Source of the DNA: an uncultured Nitrososphaerales archaeon
Lineage (GTDB): Archaea; Thermoproteota; Nitrososphaeria; Nitrososphaerales; Nitrososphaeraceae
Assembly: GCA_963841565.1 (NCBI GenBank)
Contig: CAWJCY010000002.1
Location: 1 to 64,000, forward strand
Reading direction: 5' to 3'
Length of the DNA stretch: 64,000 nt
Shown here: positions 29,719-40,598 of the stretch, in pieces
Layout of the letters: each line of letters begins with the position of its first letter
Position numbering within the stretch: the stretch's first letter is position 1
Position numbers and translations under genes: made by a program
Notes under the pieces: generated by a model
What the model saw: the letters and a program-made list of their open reading frames with translations, nothing else
What the model was told of the DNA's origin: nothing
Database searches by the model: none

Positions 29719-31593
29719 ATGATTCGTGAACAGACTGGACAAAATTTCATGGTAAAAATATTGAATACATTACCTACAGAGTCCGGGCTCACGCGAATAG
29801 AATATGAAGGACCAAGAATCGCTTTGTTCTCTACTAATCCTGCGTATTTTATCCTAAACAGTAACATCGTTTCAAACATGGTAAATACGGTGAAAAAGAG
29901 GATTGTTGTTCGAACGGACGAGTCAATCAGGAGATCAGAGGCAGAATGCGCTGGTGTATTACGCACGGTACTCCCTAATGGTATTAAGATTTCAAAATTA
30001 CTATTTGATCCTGCACTTGGAGAAGTTACAGCTTTAGTCGAAGATTTGACAAGGGAATACTCAATAAACGATCAAGACAATGCTATATTATCTGAGAAAA
30101 CTGGATGGAGATTTTTGATCAGACGCTCACCAAATGATCCTGAATTAATTGAACAGATTAACGCCATAATGGTTCGAAGGGCGAGTGACCGAATTCGATT
30201 CTATAAAGCAGTAGGTGAAAAGATCTTTCGCCCAAGACTAAACGAAAGGACTGAAGTCAGCCTAGTTTTGTTGGGTGGTTTCAATGAAATAGGTAGATCT
30301 TGCATTTTAGTCACTACCAACGAGAGTAACGTCCTTCTTGATTGTGGTATTAATTCATTTTCTAGCGATATGACAACATTCGCACCCCGGTTTGACGTTA
30401 CTGGCCTTAACATAGACGATATTGATTGCGTGCTACTGAGTCACGCGCATTTAGATCACTCAGGTTTCTTACCTATACTGTTCAAGCATGGTTACAAGGG
30501 ACCAATTTACTGTTCTGAACCTACCATTCCTTTGACCTATTTGCTCCTTAAAAGTAATCTACTGCAAAAAGAAGAGCTGGGCTTCATGTATCCCACTTCA
30601 GATGAGATCGAGGATGTCATCAGTCATATGATACCATTACCTTATGCTGTAGTCACAGATATTACTCCTGATATTAGGCTAACCCTTGCAAATGCAGGTC
30701 ATATTTTGGGATCAGCAATTACCCATCTACATTTTGGAAATGGTGACCACAATCTAGTATATACTGGAGATTTTAAATTTGGCAGATCACTAGCGCTGGA
30801 GAATGCGTATTGGAACTTCCAACGGGTCGAGACACTCATAGTTGAATCTACTCTGGGAGGTAAAGAAGACATCCTTCAATCAAGAGAGGAAATGAATCAA
30901 AGACTACTTGAGTTGATCAACAGCTGCTTATCTCAGGGTGGAAATTTGCTTTTTCCCATTCCTATTGTGGGACAATCTCAAGAGCTGATAGTGACGTTGA
31001 GCAATTTGGCTAGGATGGGATTGCTTTCTGCGAGAATTTGCATAGAGAAATCGGTAAGTGAGGCCAGTTCTATTTACGAGACCTATATGGAATATCTCTC
31101 AAAGGAAATCAAGCAGGAAATTGATGGCTATTCTATAAACATGTTCAGGCCGCCAAAATCTCAGATTGTTGAATATAAGAAACTTAAGAAAGGCTCTCAT
31201 CTGATAGTTTCACCTTCATCAATGCTAACTCATGGCCCGTCAGTCAGTTATCTTGATCAGATACGTGATGATCCTGCGAGCGCCGTTGTCTTAACTTCCC
31301 AACCCCTGCCAAATACTCCAGCCCGTAGTTTGATAGAAGGTAAGATGGATCTGGTGATCGAAGGTAAAAGGCTTAATGTTAAATGCAGAGTAGAAAGCTT
31401 TACAGATTTTACAAATCACTCAGATTATGGGCAAATCCTGGCATATATAAAAAGAATGAAACAAAAGCTTCGAAGGGTGATTGTAAATCATGGAGATAAG
31501 AGCAAAGCTCAGAACTTGGCTGGGTCAATTAATCGAATTCTCAGGATACACACACAGCATCCTCTTGTTGAGGAAGCAGTGAAGCTAGCATGA
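29719..31593 (+). CDS. aCPSF1/FttA-like beta-CASP ribonuclease with N-terminal KH domains (divergent)
   Basis: IEYEGPRI, EIGRSC, HAHLDHSG, AGHILGS, YTGDF, NHSD, NHGD. Confidence 0.9.
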   Translation: MIREQTGQNFMVKILNTLPTESGLTRIEYEGPRIALFSTNPAYFILNSNIVSNMVNTVKKRIVVRTDESIRRSEAECAGVLRTVLPNGIKISKLLFDPALGEVTALVEDLTREYSINDQDNAILSEKTGWRFLIRRSPNDPELIEQINAIMVRRASDRIRFYKAVGEKIFRPRLNERTEVSLVLLGGFNEIGRSCILVTTNESNVLLDCGINSFSSDMTTFAPRFDVTGLNIDDIDCVLLSHAHLDHSGFLPILFKHGYKGPIYCSEPTIPLTYLLLKSNLLQKEELGFMYPTSDEIEDVISHMIPLPYAVVTDITPDIRLTLANAGHILGSAITHLHFGNGDHNLVYTGDFKFGRSLALENAYWNFQRVETLIVESTLGGKEDILQSREEMNQRLLELINSCLSQGGNLLFPIPIVGQSQELIVTLSNLARMGLLSARICIEKSVSEASSIYETYMEYLSKEIKQEIDGYSINMFRPPKSQIVEYKKLKKGSHLIVSPSSMLTHGPSVSYLDQIRDDPASAVVLTSQPLPNTPARSLIEGKMDLVIEGKRLNVKCRVESFTDFTNHSDYGQILAYIKRMKQKLRRVIVNHGDKSKAQNLAGSINRILRIHTQHPLVEEAVKLA

Positions 31594-31691
31594 AATTTTC
31601 AATAGCTCAAGGTCTTACGTTTCACCTACCTATCATCAGAATACTATTTTATTTCTATTGCAAATCAATTGTTCTTCTCGATCAAAAACCA

Positions 31692-31970
31692 CTAGGCAAG
31701 TTCGTAAGAACCCCTCCAAATTTTTACTTTTGACGGAGTAATTACAACCCGTTCTTCACCCAATCTTGCTATATCTCCGCCCGCGGATTGAACAAACTTG
31801 TATAAATCGTCGATGACTCTTCGTAACTCGTCGACGCTCTTTTGAGCAAGTGGAGTGACTCTAATAATCACGATCATCTGTTTCTTTAGATCTTCTTTAA
31901 TCAACTGAACTTCAACAGGATCGCGAAGAGTTATTGCTTTCAAATAAACCTGTGGCTCATGAGCTTGCAT
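31692..31970 (-). CDS. sepF: Cell division protein SepF
   Basis: GGDIARLGEERVVITP. Confidence 0.88.
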   Translation of the reverse strand: MQAHEPQVYLKAITLRDPVEVQLIKEDLKKQMIVIIRVTPLAQKSVDELRRVIDDLYKFVQSAGGDIARLGEERVVITPSKVKIWRGSYELA

Positions 31971-32058
31971 TAAATTATCTCTTATCCATTCTGTGAATTT
32001 CAGAAATAATCAAATAGTCATTCTGGTCAAAAGATATTGACCCGTAAGGTGAGTTAGA

Positions 32059-33114
32059 TCATATACTTAATTTTCTTACTACTGAATTATCCAACATTTG
32101 ACAATTCATGCTGGATTCCTTTTGCTGATGAAAAACGGTCAACTTAACGATTTGACCTCTTGGAGCATCGCTGTACCGTCCCACTATTCCTCCCGCAATT
32201 GGCATTAGATCGTTCCTAAGATCAGAATCTTTTTTGATTCTCAATATCCCCAACGGTCCAGTAAACTCAATAGCCTCAAGAGAGAAGTCGTCGTCGAGAC
32301 AGAGAACTTTCATCATTTCATTTTCGCTCTGGTTTCTACCTACGATAAGCTTGGAATCAGTCGATAGCCTGAAATGCCTTCCAACTTTAAGAAGTTCGAC
32401 GTCGTTAAGGGTCGGAACTCCATCAGTATGCTCAAAAAGATCTTTAACCCGCTTTGAGAAGCATGGATCGGTAAGAAGACAACCACCAGCGGAATTTGGA
32501 GGATCTTGAATTCCAAACTCCTTGGCCAATGCTAACTGTTCTTTTCGAGATCTACCTGCGATAGAACGAAGCTTACTTCTGTCAATAAAACCTGACGTTT
32601 CTGCATCTGATGGAGGGAGCTTTCCTGCCGAAAGAGGTCTAATTACTTTGCCGATCAAGTTGGATTCTTCCTCAATAGTTCTGAGAGCATGACGATGCTG
32701 GCTCATAGGTCTCTGGGACAATACTTCCCCGGTCACCAAGTACGAAGCCCCGATGGCCTCCATATGATCCTTCGCAGCCTCATACATCATTGCCCTACAA
32801 TCGATGCATGGGTTCATACCCGATCCAAAACCATGTTTCGGATTCTTGAGCATTGCAAGATATTCATCTCCAAAATAAACCGTTTTTAATCTAATCCCAA
32901 GTGAGTCCGCAACCTCCTTTACTCTATGGCCACATCCCTTTCCACAATCAAAGTCGCAAAATGGAGTTTTTACTGCAACTGCCTCCACTTCAATTTCCTG
33001 ATTCAGTACCAGTCTGGTGGAGAGATTGCTATCTAGCCCCCCTGAAAGTAGCACAACTACCTTTGGTTTATTCAAGTTAGACGGTTTTGTTTCAGTTGAA
33101 GAAGAAGATGACAT
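32059..33114 (-). CDS. ThiI-like PP-loop tRNA sulfurtransferase
   Basis: LSGGLDS, NPCIDC, GEVLSQRPMSQ, GGCLLTD, GRHFR. Confidence 0.85.
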   Translation of the reverse strand: MSSSSSTETKPSNLNKPKVVVLLSGGLDSNLSTRLVLNQEIEVEAVAVKTPFCDFDCGKGCGHRVKEVADSLGIRLKTVYFGDEYLAMLKNPKHGFGSGMNPCIDCRAMMYEAAKDHMEAIGASYLVTGEVLSQRPMSQHRHALRTIEEESNLIGKVIRPLSAGKLPPSDAETSGFIDRSKLRSIAGRSRKEQLALAKEFGIQDPPNSAGGCLLTDPCFSKRVKDLFEHTDGVPTLNDVELLKVGRHFRLSTDSKLIVGRNQSENEMMKVLCLDDDFSLEAIEFTGPLGILRIKKDSDLRNDLMPIAGGIVGRYSDAPRGQIVKLTVFHQQKESSMNCQMLDNSVVRKLSI

Positions 33115-33244
33115 TAATAGTAATGATGCTTAGGTTTGGGTATTATATCGTTTGCCCCAACGGGATTGAACAGCGATAGCTCCGCCGAGTCGTACAATGG
33201 AATCTAGGTATATCGTTTATAGGATGGAAATCAGAATATAGGAC

Positions 33245-33649
33245 ATGAAAAATTCTATTGGAAAATTCATGACGGCTAAATTGTCGTATATTCTTCAATC
33301 CAATACTGCACAAGAGGCGGCCTTGCGAATGGACCAGGACAATGCCTCAGCATTGGTTGTGTTGGATTCAAATGAGACTCCGGTTGGAGTAGTTACCCAC
33401 AGAGACCTTGTAAGAAGTTCATGTATTGAAGGTGTTCCTTGTAATAGTATCCTTGTCCAAGACATAATGTCTACTCCAATTGTTACAATTGATCCTTATT
33501 CTCCAGTTGAGGCGGCAGCAGATGTAATGAAACAGAATAATGTTAGACATCTCTTGGTCGTGGATAGTGATACACCAAATAAGCTTCTTGGGATCTTAAG
33601 CTCTCGTGATTTTGCCTTGTACATTGAAAATGAAAACGAGGAAAAATGA
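33245..33649 (+). CDS. CBS domain pair protein
   Basis: VGVVTHRDLV, DIMSTP, VRHLLV. Confidence 0.88.
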   Translation: MKNSIGKFMTAKLSYILQSNTAQEAALRMDQDNASALVVLDSNETPVGVVTHRDLVRSSCIEGVPCNSILVQDIMSTPIVTIDPYSPVEAAADVMKQNNVRHLLVVDSDTPNKLLGILSSRDFALYIENENEEK

Positions 33650-33795
33650 CTCATTTTACCTCTGCGTGACCAACGATTATATTGGAGATTTGAAATTTCA
33701 ATATTGAATGACTGTAGAAGCAATATCAAATTTCGACTCTTATGCCTGGATAGCTGTTGGGTTATTCGTGTTAGGCATAATCGGCGTACTAGTCT

Positions 33796-36609
33796 ATGAA
33801 AAGTCTGACGCACGACAGCATTCAACAAGAAGCTCAGGAAAGCCTTCCGACGTCGGGTCGTAAATGCTTGGGAACAGAGGCTAATACAAGAGAATTCTAT
33901 CGGAACCAGGGCTTCACAAATCTTACAAATATTCAAGCCAAATCTCTGCCGGTAATTTGTAGAAATATAGATTCGGTACTTATCGCACCAACCGGTTCAG
34001 GTAAAACCGAGGCAGCGATCTTACCAGTGTTAACTATGATCAAAGAATCGAATGTCACAAAGCCTAAGGGGATTAAGGCTTTGTATATTACTCCACTCCG
34101 CTCGCTAAACAATGACGTGTTTAGAAGAATTGAGAAATACGCATGCTACCAGGGTTTGCACCTAGAAATCAGACATGGAGATACAAGTGCAGTCAAAAAG
34201 AAAAAGATGTCCGACAATCCTCCTGATGTATTAATAACTACTCCTGAGACTCTGGGTATCATTCTAACCAATAGCATACTCATTGGACATTTAGCATCAG
34301 TACAGTGGGTAATTGTTGATGAAGTCCATGAGCTGCTTCCTAATGAAAGGGGATCTCATCTCACTGTGAGTCTAGAACGACTGGAAAAAGTTGCCAGGAG
34401 TAGACCAGCTAGAATAGGCCTTTCTGCCAGTGTAGCAGATCCTCGTGAAGCAGGGAGGTTCGTCGCTGGCTCGGGTAGGAACATCGCCGTGTTGATGGAC
34501 AGGTCTATGAGAGAATACGATATAGACATCAAGTATGTGAACGGATCTATAAATGACGTGTGTCAGTTGATTCTCACATATGTTGTTCCCATGATAGACC
34601 AAAAAAAATCGATCTTGGTCTTTACTAACACTAGAGATGAAGCAGAATATATAGGAACCATCCTAAAATCACGTGCCAGATTCGGGGTCGATGTTCACCA
34701 CGGTTCCCTTTCAAAGGCCAGTAGGGAAGAAACAGAGAAGAAACTACGTGAAGGTTCTGCTGGACTAGTCGTTTGCACATCATCTCTGGAATTGGGATTG
34801 GATATTGGTTCAGTTGATCTGGTTATCCATTATGGTTCCCCAAGACAGATATCCAAGCTTGTTCAAAGAATTGGTCGAAGTAGACATAATAGTCGAAAGT
34901 CAGCAAAAGGACTAATTATTACCAGTTCCCATGATGATGAACTTGAAGCCCATGCCATATTATATCGAACCAGAAAGGGGGAAATGGAAGAACAAGAAAT
35001 ACATCAGATGCCATTTGACGTAATGGCGCACCATCTGGTGGGTATCTCTTTGCAAGCAAGGACATCTATCTCCGTAAGTGAGGCATTTCAACTAATCAAA
35101 AAGTCGTATCCATTTCGAAACCTTCGGATATCTGATTTGATGATGACCCTCAAGATCCTAACTGATATTGGGTTAATCAGAATAGACATCGCAGAAAACT
35201 CATATAGATATACGCTGAAATCATACAAGTATTATTTTAGTAATCTTTCAATGATTCCTTTCGTTCAGAAATTCGAGGTCATAGACATAGTTGGTAAGAG
35301 GAAAATAGGGATGTTGGACCAACAATTTGTTGGTGATTACGGAGAAAGAGGAAATGTATTTGTTTTAAAAGGGCTGCAGTGGAAAATTATATCAATTGAT
35401 GAAAAGCGATTAGTTGTTAATGTTGAGCCTCTGAGGGGGGTCACAATGAATGTGCCATACTGGGCAGGAGAAACGATCCCAGTAGATTATTTAACAGCCG
35501 TCAGGGTAGCCGAAAGCCGAAGACACAATGCTTATTCTGATGTATTCCTTAGTAGAGAAACTGTCGAAAATAGTTTGGTCTTGCTGAAGGAGTTACCTGG
35601 CGCGAAATTGATTTTGATTGAGAGTAGTCGAAAGACTAATTCATTGATCATGCATGTGCCGTTTGGAACAAAGGTGAACAATACCTTTGCATCAGTTCTC
35701 TCCACTCTCCTTTCTTCACAATTGGGATACGTTGTTGAAAGCAGATCCGACGCTTACAGAATTTTGCTCACATCGGCTGGGGCAAGAATAGGAAAAGGTC
35801 ACATTGAACGGATATTCAAAGAATTAGTCGACTGCGAACCTATACTGATTGCTTCATTCACCGGTACCTACGTTATGAATTGGAAGGTATGGACAGTAGG
35901 GAGAAGGTTCGGTATTATTTCAAAAGAGTCAGTGTACGACAAAAAAATAGCCAGATTGCTGTATGATAGGTATATGAAGACACCTGTTAGTGCTGAAGCG
36001 ATACGAGAACTTGTTCATGAAAAATTCGATGTGCTCACTACGAACAGGATTCTTCAAGAATATGCAAACGACTTGATTAGGCTTCAATGGGTCGAAGTTG
36101 ACGAATTTACAGACCTAGCCAAGCCTACTGTGGACCGCTATCAAAGATTTTCTGCTGCACCACTGAGTTTGGAAACTGGGATCATTGAACTTGTTAAAGA
36201 AAGGCTCCTTAGGACTAAGCATCGTTTAATCTGTATTCGCTGTGGAGAGTGGGAAAGAGTATTCGAAACGAAGGATGTACCTGACCAAATTTATTGTAAA
36301 AAATGCAGATCCCGCCTAGTTACCGCCACCTATGTTTCGGATCTTGAACTTCCCAATATTATTGTAAAAAAGCTTAAAGGTGCCAAAATCTCATCTGAGG
36401 ACAGCCGAAGATTTGATCGTGCATGGAAAATTGCTTCTCTAATAAATAATTTTGGTAGGAATGCAGTCACAGTATTATCAGGTCATGGTATCGGGGCAGA
36501 CACTGCTGCAAGGGTTCTTCGCAATAGTATCGATGAGTCAACATTGTATAGAAGCATATACGAAGCAGAGAGACAGTACGTACTTACTCGAGGCTTTTGG
36601 AATGACTAG
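33796..36609 (+). CDS. lhr: Lhr-like SF2 helicase
   Basis: APTGSGKT, DEVHE, LSAS, HHGSLS, LELGLDIG, QRIGRS, C-terminal Zn ribbon. Confidence 0.93.
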   Translation: MKSLTHDSIQQEAQESLPTSGRKCLGTEANTREFYRNQGFTNLTNIQAKSLPVICRNIDSVLIAPTGSGKTEAAILPVLTMIKESNVTKPKGIKALYITPLRSLNNDVFRRIEKYACYQGLHLEIRHGDTSAVKKKKMSDNPPDVLITTPETLGIILTNSILIGHLASVQWVIVDEVHELLPNERGSHLTVSLERLEKVARSRPARIGLSASVADPREAGRFVAGSGRNIAVLMDRSMREYDIDIKYVNGSINDVCQLILTYVVPMIDQKKSILVFTNTRDEAEYIGTILKSRARFGVDVHHGSLSKASREETEKKLREGSAGLVVCTSSLELGLDIGSVDLVIHYGSPRQISKLVQRIGRSRHNSRKSAKGLIITSSHDDELEAHAILYRTRKGEMEEQEIHQMPFDVMAHHLVGISLQARTSISVSEAFQLIKKSYPFRNLRISDLMMTLKILTDIGLIRIDIAENSYRYTLKSYKYYFSNLSMIPFVQKFEVIDIVGKRKIGMLDQQFVGDYGERGNVFVLKGLQWKIISIDEKRLVVNVEPLRGVTMNVPYWAGETIPVDYLTAVRVAESRRHNAYSDVFLSRETVENSLVLLKELPGAKLILIESSRKTNSLIMHVPFGTKVNNTFASVLSTLLSSQLGYVVESRSDAYRILLTSAGARIGKGHIERIFKELVDCEPILIASFTGTYVMNWKVWTVGRRFGIISKESVYDKKIARLLYDRYMKTPVSAEAIRELVHEKFDVLTTNRILQEYANDLIRLQWVEVDEFTDLAKPTVDRYQRFSAAPLSLETGIIELVKERLLRTKHRLICIRCGEWERVFETKDVPDQIYCKKCRSRLVTATYVSDLELPNIIVKKLKGAKISSEDSRRFDRAWKIASLINNFGRNAVTVLSGHGIGADTAARVLRNSIDESTLYRSIYEAERQYVLTRGFWND

Positions 36610-36640
36610 TAAACCAAAGTAATTCAGGACATAATCAAGG

Positions 36641-38080
36641 TTACCCTATTCTGTGAATGCTAGAGTAAGGTTTCAGTGAAATTTGAAGTTTGCCGTCCCT
36701 GCTGGTACTAGTAACGACTCCGCTGATTTTTATTCTCTCTCCAACCTTAAGATCGGTCATAAGCCCAGATAGATCTCGCCATCCTAAAAGAGTTATTTCA
36801 GCAGTATCATCACCTAACATAGTCTCAGCCAGAGAAATATTCTCTCCATTTCTTGTAGTAACTGTACTGATTGAGGGTGTCTGAAGCACGATTCCTTCAA
36901 CTAAATAAGGACGGTCAGAATCGGTAATATCTTCAATTTTGGTTTCGAGCGATTCAATGGATGGGAATGATGAATCATCTTCGATCTCGCTGATATAGGA
37001 ATCATCTCTTGACAGAGTAATTTGATTGCCAAGAATCATGCTTGGTATGCATTGAATTATTGAGCCCGAACTGAGCGAGGTTTTCAACAAATTAGAATCG
37101 ATTCTAAGCGTAGTGATTTTCCCATCTTTTTGAAAGGCTAGGCATTCCAAATAACCAGTTCCCAAGTCTTTTCCAACAGAAATCAATTTGAGGGCAAGTA
37201 CGTCGGGTTCTGCTGCTGAGTTGGATATATCCAAAGAAGTCCCTTCATCTCCGTGTATTTCTAATTCTGAGTTTCCATACTGTGCGTTACCTTGCTTGAT
37301 TCTAACACCTACGAGGTTTATTTTTGAGCCCACTGCCAAAATCTTGGGAAGCCTCGATTCGTCTATATTCCAGATAATTGTTCGCATTGTCTTTGTGCCT
37401 TCTTCGTTTGCTACATTTAACTGAAGAGCCTTGCTGTCCTGACCCCTAATGTTCTTGTATTCCACAATTCTAGGCGAGGATGATATCTTTCCGAAAATTA
37501 CGACATTGTCAGTTTGACCTGAAATTTTTGAAATATCACAAGCAAAATGGTCCAGAGTTGGTATATTCATAATCCCTTCCTTAATTACCTCAATAGTGCT
37601 CATCTCTCCAACGTTAAGTACAGGTTTTCCGTCTAGACCTGATTTAACGTAGCCCTTGGTCAACTTGATAAGATCTCCTGGACGTAAACCTGATTCCTCT
37701 GGAAATTCCACTCTCTTCTCCCAAAGTTTGAGTCTTATTGTAGCATCGGCGTCAAGAATCGTAAGGGTTCTGTTGCGCAACTCGTCGCTATTATCCTTTC
37801 TCATGAAAGTCCGCGTGGGGTAGATGGACATTACTCTACCAACAACGCTAATATCTCTGGCCCCCACATAAAGATCCTTTAGTCTCTGGACGCTGGACTG
37901 ATTTCGTTCAAGTGAGATGCCCAAGTCAGCGGCGACGAGGAACAAAGCCCCCTGATCAGTCAGGTAACCCGCCCCTATCTTACGCTTTTTTTCATCTACA
38001 AGTTTTTTTATCTCTTCTGCGCTGATCTCTGGCTTTCTTTCGAGCAGAATCTCAACCATCGCCTTAAAATCAACTGACAT
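36641..38080 (-). CDS. rpa: Multi-OB-fold ssDNA-binding protein (RPA)
   Basis: GAGYLTDQGALFLVAADLG N-terminus, repeated OB-fold motifs (D.T..I....W). Confidence 0.87.
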   Translation of the reverse strand: MSVDFKAMVEILLERKPEISAEEIKKLVDEKKRKIGAGYLTDQGALFLVAADLGISLERNQSSVQRLKDLYVGARDISVVGRVMSIYPTRTFMRKDNSDELRNRTLTILDADATIRLKLWEKRVEFPEESGLRPGDLIKLTKGYVKSGLDGKPVLNVGEMSTIEVIKEGIMNIPTLDHFACDISKISGQTDNVVIFGKISSSPRIVEYKNIRGQDSKALQLNVANEEGTKTMRTIIWNIDESRLPKILAVGSKINLVGVRIKQGNAQYGNSELEIHGDEGTSLDISNSAAEPDVLALKLISVGKDLGTGYLECLAFQKDGKITTLRIDSNLLKTSLSSGSIIQCIPSMILGNQITLSRDDSYISEIEDDSSFPSIESLETKIEDITDSDRPYLVEGIVLQTPSISTVTTRNGENISLAETMLGDDTAEITLLGWRDLSGLMTDLKVGERIKISGVVTSTSRDGKLQISLKPYSSIHRIG

Positions 38081-38553
38081 TCAACGGTAGCCTCCAGATA
38101 AACTCAAATCCCTCTTAACTAGCATATAGATAATACCTGCCTATATATTTTGAGAAGAACTCATCGTATAGCTTTTCCAAAAACCAAGTTGGAGGTGATG
38201 ACAGACCCTTTGGTTGATTGAAACTATTCTACAAGCTAGTTTAAGCTCAGTTTGCCTACTTCCAGGATCAATTTCGAATAGGCATCATCATCAGGTTATG
38301 AACTATTAGACCCGGTGAAATGCTCAGAATACGTATGAAGAACGCTCAATTTATTTCCATGTTTGAACGGTACGGTGAGGGTTGGTACGTAAAGATAAAT
38401 AGACGATAACACAAGTTGAACCGCTCTTAGTTGTTGGCTAGATCTAACAAAAGAGACTTTGATTGTACGAGATGAGAATTTGAGATGTGCTGATTATATT
38501 CCCTTGGTTTAAGATTCTAGAATGTTTCAAAGTGCCCAAAGTATACATAAAAT

Positions 38554-38853
38554 TCAGGCCTGAACATAAACCTGTTCAGAAATCGTAAATGGGAACCTGG
38601 AACCCTCAAAATTTTCTGTACCTACCCTCTCCCAGTTTATGTCATATGCACGATTAACCCTCTTACTCTTTACCATTATTTGTGTAGGAAGACTAGTGTA
38701 CAAAGTTTCAACCTTTGCAGGGTCTTTCGTCATTAAAAGGGATCTTCTCCTTTTCATGAGGTACTTTAGAGCGACATTTCTGTGAGTATGGCCCAAAACT
38801 GGGATCTGGGTATCATTAACTACCATAATAAACTCCTTTTTGACCATTGCCAA
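38554..38853 (-). CDS. Conserved hypothetical protein
   Basis: Clean 99-aa ORF with protein-like composition. Confidence 0.75.
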   Translation of the reverse strand: MAMVKKEFIMVVNDTQIPVLGHTHRNVALKYLMKRRRSLLMTKDPAKVETLYTSLPTQIMVKSKRVNRAYDINWERVGTENFEGSRFPFTISEQVYVQA

Positions 38854-39007
38854 GTAGCCTATTATGATTTTTTATATTAAAGGATTTACGTTAAATATTC
38901 TCGATATGAGCCTTCAGCTACCTTTCTTTACTATTGTCTTTTTATTAATAATTCTCTCTAGGTCATGCATATCATTGTCTGACACATGTACGATAGGAGG
39001 GAAAAAG

Positions 39008-39181
39008 CTAACCTCCACCCGCGCCACCACCAATAGCCCCCCAATTGTGTTCCTGGTAAACATCAATGAGCTCATTAACAAGATCGTCATACGTAAGATC
39101 TCGCTTGGAGATATGCATAGTTTCAGCAAGGATGCTAGATAATCTTTTAAATGTTGAATCCTCGATGAGTAACGATTTCAC
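39008..39181 (-). CDS. 57-aa small protein, RHH/CopG-like, with a C-terminal GGGAGGG (missed by the ORF track)
   Basis: GTG start: MKSLLIEDSTFKRLSSILAETMHISKRDLTYDDLVNELIDVYQEHNWGAIGGGAGGG*. Confidence 0.7.
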   Translation of the reverse strand: MKSLLIEDSTFKRLSSILAETMHISKRDLTYDDLVNELIDVYQEHNWGAIGGGAGGG

Positions 39182-39275
39182 GTAACAGTTTACTGGGTAA
39201 ACCTTATTAGGATATCTGCAGCCACTCTAACTCCCTCAAAGGAGGACGAATGAACAATCAGATACTGAATAACTA

Positions 39276-39349
39276 TGGGATCGGCCGGATTTGAACCGGC
39301 GGCCTCCAGCGCCCAAGGCTGGCATCATACCAAGCTAGACAACGACCCC
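39276..39349 (-). tRNA. tRNA-Pro(TGG)
   Basis: GGGGTCG/CGATCCC acceptor, CCAGC-CTTGGGC-GCTGG anticodon arm, GGTTCAAATCC. Confidence 0.96.
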
Positions 39350-39419
39350 GGTCAATTCAGTTTCTTTTTTTTGACACAGTAGCTCTATATATATCATGAT
39401 AAACAGATTCTCCTGTTCC

Positions 39420-40316
39420 ATGGATTATCTACAGTGTTACCAGAAGGCAGGTCAAATAGCGTCCAAAGTTAGGGAGATTGCAAGAAACACCAACTATATC
39501 GGTAGAAGTCTTCTGGACATTTGTGATACCTTGGAAAATAAAATTAGAGTACTTGGAGGACTCCCCGCCTTTCCTATCAACGTTAGCCTAAATGATGTAG
39601 CTGCGCACTATACTGCCGAGCCTTATGATGAAACAGAGGTAAGTGACGGCGACGTACTCAAGATCGACATAGGAGTGCAAATTGACGGATATATAGCTGA
39701 TACGGCTGTAACCGTATGCTACGACGCGAAGTATGACCCTCTAGTAAGAGCATCCGAGTCCGCACTAGCCGAAGCGGTTAGATACGCCACCGCTAACGCC
39801 CGCGTGAACGATATAGGAAAAGTTATTGAAAGCACGATAGCTAAATTTGGCTTCAAACCTATTCAGAACTTGAGCGGTCATTCGTTGGATCGATACACTA
39901 TTCACGCAGGGAAATCGATACCGAATATCCGCACCATAGGACCCTCATTTGGGTTATTGGAAAACCAAGCTTACGCAATTGAACCCTTTGTGACCACAAA
40001 GAATGGTCATGGGGTTGTATTCGAGGGGAAAACAAGAAACATCTTTGCGATTCGATCTAGGAAATCTTCCAAAGACAAGAAAGCTGATAAAGTCTTGGAA
40101 ACAATATGGAACAAGTACAAGACCTTGCCATTCGCAGCTAGATGGTTAATGGATAGCTACGAAGCCGCTGAAGTGCTCAGCTCAATAAACGTCCTAGTCG
40201 CAAAGAAAAATATCCATGCCTATCCTATCCTGGTAGAGACTCAAGGCCAGATCGTAACTCAGTCTGAACACACCATAATACCCAAGATTGATCATGTGGA
40301 CATTATTACTCTTTAG
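39420..40316 (+). CDS. map: Type II methionine aminopeptidase
   Basis: AFPIN, AAHYT, KIDIG, DGYIADTA, NLSGH, AIEPF, QSEHT. Confidence 0.95.
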   Translation: MDYLQCYQKAGQIASKVREIARNTNYIGRSLLDICDTLENKIRVLGGLPAFPINVSLNDVAAHYTAEPYDETEVSDGDVLKIDIGVQIDGYIADTAVTVCYDAKYDPLVRASESALAEAVRYATANARVNDIGKVIESTIAKFGFKPIQNLSGHSLDRYTIHAGKSIPNIRTIGPSFGLLENQAYAIEPFVTTKNGHGVVFEGKTRNIFAIRSRKSSKDKKADKVLETIWNKYKTLPFAARWLMDSYEAAEVLSSINVLVAKKNIHAYPILVETQGQIVTQSEHTIIPKIDHVDIITL

Positions 40317-40598
40317 GCAATTTAAGTAAAAAACAAAAATAGACCATCATTTACATTCCTGAAGATTGTTTGCATTTATTCCCACAGTGTCATGCTATTC
40401 CATGACTAAATAGGACTAAGTCAGTTCAAAGCTAGTTTGTATCCTGCGAATAAGTCTATGGTACAAAGGTTGTTCAATGACCAAACTGAAGGGTGAACAA
40501 CGAACAAAGATACTCTCAAACGATCGATACTGCGTAAGGGTCAAGAAAAAGGTACGATATCGGAATAGACAACAAAAAATTAAGCTAATTTCAGAATT

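Noticed and set aside
38240-38300. Possible C/D-box sRNA on the minus strand (ATGATGA...CTGA)
   Set aside because: Internal boxes are poor and the guide regions are self-complementary; no target could be verified.
38864-39142. Track ORFs 38864-39142 (+) and 38914-39129 (-)
   Set aside because: A third frame (39008-39181, minus strand) gives a more protein-like product.
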